From: Bacteroidia bacterium
GTDB taxonomy: Bacteria; Bacteroidota; Bacteroidia; Bacteroidales; VadinHA17
DNA: 13,153 bases
Assembly (NCBI GenBank): GCA_026391215.1
Contig: JAPLDX010000035.1
Span: 1-13,153, forward strand
Direction of reading: 5' to 3'
The notes under the pieces were generated by a model, which saw only the letters and a program-made list of their open reading frames with translations, was not told the DNA's origin and ran no database searches. Below, piece after piece: positions 1 through 6,637 of this stretch. The first letter of the stretch is position 1. Each line of letters opens with the position of its first letter. Position numbers and translations under genes: made by a program.

Positions 1-374
1 GATGTTCCCAGGTATTTCCATGCTCCCTGGTTATAGATCTGGATTTTAAGGAATAAAGGTGTTTTAGCCCAGTCAATATCACTGAAATTCAGTGCCGATC
101 CTGCCTGTCGGGTGCCTGTTCCAATCACCAGGTTAAACACCCCGTTTACATTGGTTTTAACTGCAGAATGCAGTTCTTCCCATACTACAACCGGAGTAAT
201 GGTATCTGAAAGAATGCCCATTTTGACCTGGATCGTTGTGTTCATTATAGGTGCTCCTGCACTGTTATGTGCTACTGCCTGGTAGTTAAAGCCCTGAGGT
301 ACCTGGGCGGTACAAGGCGAAAGGAGAAAGGCGAAAGGAGAGAGTAAGGCAAGGAGGATGAGTTTTGTTTTCAT
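1..374 (-). CDS. Secreted Bacteroidota protein, N-terminal fragment (runs off the window start); conserved 'PQGFNYQAV...IDW' N-terminal domain
   Basis: Hand translation from the ATG at 374 is open to base 1: MKTKLILLALLSPFAFLLSPCTAQVPQGFNYQAVAHNSAGAPIMNTTIQVKMGILSDTITPVVVWEELHSAVKTNVNGVFNLVIGTGTRQAGSALNFSDIDWAKTPLFLKIQIYNQGAWKYLGTS. It has a Sec signal ending CTA|Q. The NYQAV / EEH / TN.NG.F.L.IG.G / FS.IDW pattern matches the N-domain I recall from Bacteroidota collagen-like, FISUMP, DUF1566 and tail-fibre/S74 proteins. It is absent from the ORF track because there is no stop in the window. Confidence 0.9.
   Translation of the reverse strand, partial: MKTKLILLALLSPFAFLLSPCTAQVPQGFNYQAVAHNSAGAPIMNTTIQVKMGILSDTITPVVVWEELHSAVKTNVNGVFNLVIGTGTRQAGSALNFSDIDWAKTPLFLKIQIYNQGAWKYLGT
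314..341. repeat. Perfect 14-bp tandem duplication (AAGGCGAAAGGAGA x2), i.e. four AAGGnGA heptamers, inside signal-peptide coding sequence
   Basis: 314-327 and 328-341 are identical. Further degenerate AAGG units continue to about 410. Confidence 0.8.
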
Positions 375-478
375 GGGGGGAAGGAATTAAGGAGTAAGGG
401 TATAAAGGCTTTACGGCCTGGTTAATAATCGAAAACAAATTTCTATATAAGCAAGTTATAACAAAAGGAAAGGCAAGT

Positions 479-486
479 CAAATATA
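479..486 (-). promoter_or_regulatory. Bacteroidota primary-sigma -7 box (TATATTTG) for the gene starting at 374
   Basis: Plus-strand CAAATATA reads TATATTTG on minus, matching TAnnTTTG, about 105 nt upstream of the ATG and just downstream of the terminator. No clear -33 TTTG is present. Confidence 0.5.
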
Positions 487-523
487 TTTTGACCCGCTTA
501 ATGAAGGTTCCTTTTTCAACAAT

Positions 524-549
524 AAAAAAGCCGGTTTAAACCGGCTTTT
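524..549 (-). terminator. Rho-independent terminator after the DUF4251 gene (possibly bidirectional)
   Basis: Perfect palindrome AAAAGCCGGTTTAAACCGGCTTTT at 526-549. The minus strand reads GCCGGTTTAAACCGGC followed by TTTTTTATT, about 30 nt past the stop at 582. Confidence 0.85.
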
Positions 550-581
550 AAGTTATCTCAAAATATATAGTTTTTAAAGGA

Positions 582-1145
582 TTAAAAAGAGGTCTGTCCT
601 TTAAAAACCCTTGAATTGTTAAGTGGCACAAGGTGCCCTTCCCAGGTCAGCCTGCCAGGGCCCAATCCTGTAATTGTCGCTGTAGCACGGGTGTTTGAAC
701 TTACATACATAAGAACGTCATAATGTCCGATGTTTGAAAAAAGACTGAAACGAACTACATAAGTCAATTTTTTTGGATTTTTCGTGATCTTCCAGCTTCC
801 TGTTTTTCCTTCAGCCGTAACACCTCCGACACCATTATAACCCGGATCGAAAGATGATCCGGTTTGCAGGATCCCGTCTGATTCATTGACTTTTATAAAA
901 TTCAGATCCGATAGAACCGAGACTCTGTCACCATATCTGCTCTCAAGATAATCAGCCTCAAGCACAAAAGTTTTTGCATTAAGCATTGTATCAAGAATAT
1001 AATAATTTGTTTCCATTTGTGCTTTTCTTACCTCTTTAAGTTCCTGACGGGTCAATTTTATATCCCGGGAATAACTGTTGACAGTTGATCCTAAGAATCC
1101 CAAAAGCAAAAAGAGGCACATCATGTTAGATTTAATTGTTTTCAT
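582..1145 (-). CDS. DUF4251 domain-containing exported protein
   Basis: N-terminal signal peptide and a basic helical linker, then the FVLEAD, NFIKV and LQ.GS...GYNGVGGVTAEG motifs and a C-terminal TATATI...RLTWEG strand pattern, which I recognise as Bacteroidota DUF4251. Confidence 0.8.
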   Translation of the reverse strand: MKTIKSNMMCLFLLLGFLGSTVNSYSRDIKLTRQELKEVRKAQMETNYYILDTMLNAKTFVLEADYLESRYGDRVSVLSDLNFIKVNESDGILQTGSSFDPGYNGVGGVTAEGKTGSWKITKNPKKLTYVVRFSLFSNIGHYDVLMYVSSNTRATATITGLGPGRLTWEGHLVPLNNSRVFKGQTSF

Positions 1146-1173
1146 AACCTCTTAATTTAGTCTTAATATAAAG

Positions 1174-1189
1174 AACAAAATATGTACCA
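1174..1189 (-). promoter_or_regulatory. Candidate sigma54 (-24/-12) promoter of the DUF4251 gene
   Basis: Minus strand TGGTAC-ATATT-TTGTT versus consensus TGGCAC-N5-TTGC, with exact spacing. Predicted start near 1163, about 18 nt before the ATG. Confidence 0.5.
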
Positions 1190-1314
1190 TTTTCGTTCTT
1201 CCGGGTACTGTAATTCGATATTTAACATAATATTAAGAAAGCAGAACCAAGAGATCAGCACACATGCCGCAGAGGTGAAAGTTCTTGGAATTCTGAGAAG
1301 CTAATAAGTTTAAA

Positions 1315-2007
1315 TCAATAGTATATAGTAATAAGCCACGGTCCTGGTTCATTAATAGTTATTCTCAGCTCACAGGCGAGACTTCCTGTATTTAATGCAC
1401 TGGGAGCATTGAATTGGACCTTGCCTTCAAACGGGAAAGTCACATTCTCAAAGCCGGTAAAATTGGATGATATGTTTTCTATTCCGGAACTTCCCTGGAG
1501 CATCAGATCGGTAATGGCAACGAAAGATGATGCTTCCCCTGAACGTGAAAATTTATATTTTACATAATTTCGCTCGTCTCCCATTTTCATGCATGCTATC
1601 CTTCCTATATTGTTACGGTATCCGATCGCATAGGCAACCGCGACCTCTTTCGGCCCGACATACTTATCCCTTTTCCAGATACCAGCCTGCACTGAATCAC
1701 TTCCTGTCAGTTTTGAAATATATTCACCCTTTCCGTCTCTCATTCCCATTTTCCAGTCACCTATATATGTTTCGCCTGTCTGCCAGATATATGTTCCATA
1801 ACCATCAGGAAGGCCTTTTTTAAACTCTCCTGTGTACTTGTCGATACCGGAAGCTTCGCCCTTTCCATCAGCCAGACCCTGTTTGCAGGATCCGGTGTAT
1901 GAATCGCTAATCCCGGACAAAAGGACCTTACATGCGTTCTGTCCGGACATGGTTGTTGTTAATAACAGCATTGCTGCCATCAAAGCAAACAGAGATTTTC
2001 TTTTCAT
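1315..2007 (-). CDS. Secreted MORN-repeat protein with a C-terminal beta-rich domain
   Basis: Sec signal ending MSG|Q. Three to four Y.G.F/W..G...G.G.Y repeats (YTGSCKQGLADGKG, YTGEFKKGLPDGYGTY, YIGDWKMGMRDGKGEY, partial QAGIWKRDKYVG) at about 1654-1899. Confidence 0.8.
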   Translation of the reverse strand: MKRKSLFALMAAMLLLTTTMSGQNACKVLLSGISDSYTGSCKQGLADGKGEASGIDKYTGEFKKGLPDGYGTYIWQTGETYIGDWKMGMRDGKGEYISKLTGSDSVQAGIWKRDKYVGPKEVAVAYAIGYRNNIGRIACMKMGDERNYVKYKFSRSGEASSFVAITDLMLQGSSGIENISSNFTGFENVTFPFEGKVQFNAPSALNTGSLACELRITINEPGPWLITIYY

Positions 2008-2055
2008 TTTTTTGGTTTTAAATTAAGATCAGATTCATTCGTATAAGTTGTTTGG

Positions 2056-2071
2056 TACAAAAATCACACCA
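2056..2071 (-). promoter_or_regulatory. Candidate sigma54 (-24/-12) promoter of the MORN-repeat gene
   Basis: Minus strand TGGTGT-GATTT-TTGTA, with the same TGG-N8-TTG geometry as 1174-1189. Predicted start near 2045, about 38 nt before the ATG. Confidence 0.45.
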
Positions 2072-2153
2072 GAAATCCGCCAGGAATCCATCAAGACTGC
2101 GCGGGGCGCAGCAGGGCATGAACTGTATTTCCGGTATTGGTTTAATCAATTTG

Positions 2154-3245
2154 TCACAATTCTTTTGCTCCGAAACTGCTGCTTGCGTCAGTCCATTTAT
2201 AAATATTTGGTTTAACAAATTTACGTTTACATTGATCTATTCTTAAACCCCGGATTTCAATATCGTCCAAAGCGGCAGGCAACATACCGGTTTTATGCGC
2301 CAATACGATAGCAGGTATATCATTCAATTCAAATCCCATTAATGACGCTCCTACCATATCTGTCGCAAGCGGGGATGTTCCTGCTATTATTAATCCCATA
2401 TCGACAAGAGTACCACCTGTCGGACCATCTCCTTCCATAGCGGAAGAAGCATCAATTATTGATAGACCGGTTTTAACAGCGTTATTGATGTCGATGACTT
2501 CATATGCAACACCTGGAGACCCTGCTTCAGCTGCTCTGTCATGAAGCCATGAGCGGACTGAATAATACACTGTACCTGGGTACAGCCCAATTAAATTCTT
2601 CATTGCTAGCGTGACCGTTGCAAGTGTATGTGTTTTCATCATCGGAACTGAACACAACAGGTCGACTTCTGTAAGTGATTTATGGATCTTTACTGATTTT
2701 GCTGCCAATCCGTTTTTTAGAGGTACTTCCACAATTTCTCCGGAATGGAGGTTAATCAAAGGTATATTTAATGATTGAGCCATTTCACTATACCCAAGGA
2801 CATCAAAAACATGTTGCTGCATGCCATCCAGGATTTCCCTTTTATTTGTTCTGAAGATCTCATTATCTATGACGTTAAATGAGGAGGCAGCAGCAGAACC
2901 TTCTCCGATCATTACTTCTTTTCCGGCTTGTTGCATAAGTTGTGCAAGAGTCTTTACAATAATAAGTTTTGTTGTAACTGCAGGACTATCAGCAACCAGG
3001 TTCGGTTTAAGCATTATTCTGTTCTTCCCAATGGTAACTGCTTTAATTCCACCTAAAAGTTCAATTGCCTCTTCCACGGCTGTAGCTGTATCTCCATCCT
3101 TGATCCGGACAATGCTTACAATCTCTTTTGACCTTCCTTCAGAACTATACCCATAAACAAGATTCAATCCGAATGCTGCAGAACCAATTGCTGCTGCGGA
3201 AGCTGTACCAATGAATTTTCGTCTGGTAATTTTTGGTTTTTTCAT
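2154..3245 (-). CDS. Tat-exported DUF362 domain-containing protein
   Basis: Twin-arginine signal ITRRKFIG followed by a hydrophobic stretch. DUF362 motifs LKPNLV, IGEGS, VPMMKTH, VTLAMKNLIG, MEGDGP and LATDMVGASLMG are present. There is no CxxCxxCxxxC ferredoxin appendage. Confidence 0.88.
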   Translation of the reverse strand: MKKPKITRRKFIGTASAAAIGSAAFGLNLVYGYSSEGRSKEIVSIVRIKDGDTATAVEEAIELLGGIKAVTIGKNRIMLKPNLVADSPAVTTKLIIVKTLAQLMQQAGKEVMIGEGSAAASSFNVIDNEIFRTNKREILDGMQQHVFDVLGYSEMAQSLNIPLINLHSGEIVEVPLKNGLAAKSVKIHKSLTEVDLLCSVPMMKTHTLATVTLAMKNLIGLYPGTVYYSVRSWLHDRAAEAGSPGVAYEVIDINNAVKTGLSIIDASSAMEGDGPTGGTLVDMGLIIAGTSPLATDMVGASLMGFELNDIPAIVLAHKTGMLPAALDDIEIRGLRIDQCKRKFVKPNIYKWTDASSSFGAKEL

Positions 3246-3272
3246 TTTGTGATAAGTCAGAATAAGGTTTTT

Positions 3273-6200
3273 CTACTTGTCAACAGGAAATGCCTCATGC
3301 TTTGGCAATTTACGAGGATTGTCGATTATTTCTTTCATGACCACATCAACAGCTTTCATCAGCTGTGTGTCATAGCCCTCAGAATATTTCTTTGAGTCGA
3401 TGTCAACTATGATATCAGGTGTAACACCTTCATTTTCAATAATCCACTCGCCTTTCTCATTATATATCCTGTAATCTGGCACTGTCAGGGAACCTCCGTC
3501 AATCAGTTTAATAAACATTGAAACACCGACAAGGCCACCCCAGGTGCGTGTACCTATTATAGGCCCCATTTTGTTCCACCGGAATTCATACGGGAGTTCG
3601 TCTCCTCCAGAGCCCGCATACCTGTTGGTAACCAGAGCCATATTAGCTTCAACAGCCAGCAATGGTATAGGCTGATCAGCTGACTGCCTGCGTGTCCAGT
3701 AACCATGTGGCTTTTTCAACAATCTCTCCAGGAAGATATCGGGATCAAGTCCGCCGCCGTTAAAGCGACCATCCAGGATTATTCCTTCTTTCTTTGTCTG
3801 GGAGTAGAAATACCTGGGGAAATCAATAGCAGAACCGGTCCATGTATCAGGCATATATATATAGCCAATTCTCCCGTTTGATGCTTTATCAACAGCCAGA
3901 CGGTTTGATTCGAGCCAATCCATATAACGTATATTGCTTTCACTTCTGACAGGCTCAACAACTACTTCACGGGCCCCGGTGATGATAGGTTTGGAGTTGA
4001 CAGTCAGAGTTACCTGTTTACCTGCAAGCCCGACAAAATAACTGTAAATTTCCTTATCAGTTTTTATTTCAATATTATTTACTTTCAGGAGGTAATCACC
4101 CTCAGCAATGTTAATTCCCGGTTTTGCAAGTGGCGGCCAGGTTTCGCGCGACCAGTCCTTTTCCCTGTAAATCTTTTTAAACTGAAAAAGACTATTTTGC
4201 GGATCAACTTTAAAGTCGGCACCCAGCATACCTGTATTAACTGCATCAGCTTTCCTTTTACTGTCGCCTCCGTAAACATAGGTGTGTGACGTGTTCAGCT
4301 CTCCGATCATTTCACCTATAATAAAAGTCAGATCCTGACGGCATGAAGCCCTGTCAGCCAGTTTCCCGTATTTTTGTTTTATGAAATTCCAATCCTGTCC
4401 ATGCATGTTGGGTTCGTAATAGTAATCACGCTCCATGCGCCATGCTTCGTTAAAAATCTGCTTCCATTCCCTGAGCGGTTCGTACCATATCTTAAGCTCA
4501 GACAGGTTAACGGGTTTGCCTTCTCCTCCGGCTGAAGAAATAATTGATACGCTTTTTTCTTTGAGATAAATTATACTTTCACCATCATATGAAAGCTCAT
4601 AATTATCAATGTCATCAACAACCGGTGTCTCTTTCTTCGTGTCAAAAGAGTAGGAGTAAAGAGTCATCGGACCATGCCCCGATACCTCAAAACGGTTAAA
4701 ATTGCCTTCATCGGCATTTAAATAGTACAAGGTCGATTTATTGACTGACAGGTTCCTGTAGTTTCCGCTTTCAAGAGGTAGCGCCTCAGTACGGTCCGCA
4801 ATACCCTGAAAATCAATACGGACTATAACCGGCGAGTCGTATTTTGCAGATTCTCCGGCCGGATTTTCATCATCACTTTTGAACGGGAGTATCGATTTCC
4901 CGTCTTTATTAAGGGTAACAGCATAAAGGCCTGCGACCTTCTGATAGACCATTTCCCATTCAATATCGCAGTAAGTAGGATTGAAACGGCGGGTGGATAT
5001 AAAAATGATATATTCACCATCCTTTGTGAAGACCGGATTGAAATCATAGAACAATCCGTTGCTAATACAGTTTATGGCTTTTGTCTCGAGGTTATAGACA
5101 TATATCTGGTACACAAAAGACTCATTCATTTTCGTGTATGCAACAAACCGGCTGTCAGGTGACCAGGAAAAATCAAAAATAGATTTCACATCCAGCGAAA
5201 CGTCAACATTCTCATATTCCTCCTGATCGACTCTGGTTATTGCTTTAGTTGCGATATCAATATAATACAGTGTAAGAGTCTGGTCTGTGTAGGCAATCTT
5301 CCTGCTGTCAGGCGACCACTTAAGCGTATGCCGGTAGCCATCTTTACTTGAAGTCAGCTTTATTGCTTCTTGCTTTCCATCAGGATTAACAATGTAAATT
5401 TCATATTCACCGGTTTTGTCAGAAAGGTATGCTATCCACTTACCATCCGGTGACCAGACAGCATCTTTATCCCTGGCGCCACAATTATTAGATATGTTTC
5501 TAACAGGACCCTCACCTGAAGGAACGGTGAAGACCTCACCCCTGGCCACAATCAAGGCTCTTTTACCGGCAGGGGAGATATCAATCCGGTTAATATCCAT
5601 GCTGATATCCTTCATAAACGGCCGGGTCTCTTCCATATCAGCCAGGATCTGTATGGGGATCTCTTTTGTTTCATTTGAAGCCAGGTCGAGCATCCAGATA
5701 TTTCCGCCAAGGTCGTAAACGATCTTATTGCTGCCATCACCGGGGTGCCGGACATCATATTCAGTATGCCTTGTTATTTGTTCAATCTTTTCGGTATTTG
5801 TGTCATAGGCATAAATATTAAGTACCCTGTCCCTGTCAGAGCTGAAATAGATTTTATCTCCAATCCACATTGGAATTCTGTCTGATCCTTCATAGTTACT
5901 AATATTGATTTCCTCATTGGTATTAAAATCATAGATGTATATTTCCTGCGCCCTGCCGCCCTTATAGCGCTTCCAGGTAGCATTATCCTGGGGATCTTTA
6001 TTGTACGCTATTTTTGAACCGTCGGGAGAAAAACTTCCGCGGGCCGCATCATACATTATCATCTCTTCTAGGCCTGTTCCGTCAGGTGATACAAGAAACA
6101 TTTTCAGATAACGTGATGAACTGTTCCGGCCGGAAGTGAACATTATCTTGTTTTTGGTTTTATTCCATCCTATCACTTCGTCTGTACCGGGGTGAAAAGT

Positions 6201-6536
6201 CAGTCTTGTTATATCTCCACCGTTTATGTTCATGACGTAAACATCTGAATTCCCGTCGTATTCTCCGGTAAAAGCAATTAGTTTGCCGTCGGGAGAAATT
6301 TCAGGATAATTTTCGCTTCCGTCGTTAAATGTGAGGCGGGTGGCAACACCCCCTTCGACAGGAACTTTCCAGATATCGCCACCGCTTGCAAAAACGATGA
6401 TGTTGTTATAAATATCAGGATATTGCATCATGGGATTTTGCGCAGATACTAAAATACCCGCAAAGAATAAAATCAAAAAGTCAAATGCCCTGAAAAAGGT
6501 TTTGGTTTTTCTTAAGGAGCTTTTAAGGTTCTTCAT
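3273..6536 (-). CDS. Tricorn protease homolog (peptidase S41B; PD40/beta-propellers, C1, PDZ, C2 catalytic domain)
   Basis: Signal peptide ending VSA|Q and repeated SPDGK.IAF/WSPDS propeller blades. Motifs WKRYKGG, EAWR..RDYYY and GELNTSH (His751), a PDZ region (GMLGADF, GDYLLKVN), D.RFNGGG, AGSGGD (catalytic Ser976), GTRTWGG and IENEGVTPDI. Length 1087 aa. Confidence 0.95.
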   Translation of the reverse strand: MKNLKSSLRKTKTFFRAFDFLILFFAGILVSAQNPMMQYPDIYNNIIVFASGGDIWKVPVEGGVATRLTFNDGSENYPEISPDGKLIAFTGEYDGNSDVYVMNINGGDITRLTFHPGTDEVIGWNKTKNKIMFTSGRNSSSRYLKMFLVSPDGTGLEEMIMYDAARGSFSPDGSKIAYNKDPQDNATWKRYKGGRAQEIYIYDFNTNEEINISNYEGSDRIPMWIGDKIYFSSDRDRVLNIYAYDTNTEKIEQITRHTEYDVRHPGDGSNKIVYDLGGNIWMLDLASNETKEIPIQILADMEETRPFMKDISMDINRIDISPAGKRALIVARGEVFTVPSGEGPVRNISNNCGARDKDAVWSPDGKWIAYLSDKTGEYEIYIVNPDGKQEAIKLTSSKDGYRHTLKWSPDSRKIAYTDQTLTLYYIDIATKAITRVDQEEYENVDVSLDVKSIFDFSWSPDSRFVAYTKMNESFVYQIYVYNLETKAINCISNGLFYDFNPVFTKDGEYIIFISTRRFNPTYCDIEWEMVYQKVAGLYAVTLNKDGKSILPFKSDDENPAGESAKYDSPVIVRIDFQGIADRTEALPLESGNYRNLSVNKSTLYYLNADEGNFNRFEVSGHGPMTLYSYSFDTKKETPVVDDIDNYELSYDGESIIYLKEKSVSIISSAGGEGKPVNLSELKIWYEPLREWKQIFNEAWRMERDYYYEPNMHGQDWNFIKQKYGKLADRASCRQDLTFIIGEMIGELNTSHTYVYGGDSKRKADAVNTGMLGADFKVDPQNSLFQFKKIYREKDWSRETWPPLAKPGINIAEGDYLLKVNNIEIKTDKEIYSYFVGLAGKQVTLTVNSKPIITGAREVVVEPVRSESNIRYMDWLESNRLAVDKASNGRIGYIYMPDTWTGSAIDFPRYFYSQTKKEGIILDGRFNGGGLDPDIFLERLLKKPHGYWTRRQSADQPIPLLAVEANMALVTNRYAGSGGDELPYEFRWNKMGPIIGTRTWGGLVGVSMFIKLIDGGSLTVPDYRIYNEKGEWIIENEGVTPDIIVDIDSKKYSEGYDTQLMKAVDVVMKEIIDNPRKLPKHEAFPVDK

Positions 6537-6637
6537 AAGAGATTAGTTTGTAATTTAATTCACGTTTTGTCAGATATTGTGGTTCATATAGCCGGCTTTC
6601 ATTATTGAATCTGTTTGGGCTATTTAGAAAGTAATCT

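Noticed and set aside
2018-2246. Overlapping 66-aa (minus) and 64-aa (plus) ORFs across the DUF362-MORN spacer
   Set aside because: Both overlap the DUF362 3' end and the promoter candidate, and have no recognisable protein features.
1527-5983. Short ORFs nested in or antisense to the MORN, DUF362 and tricorn genes
   Set aside because: They lie within or almost wholly over well-supported CDSs and are alternate-frame or antisense artefacts.
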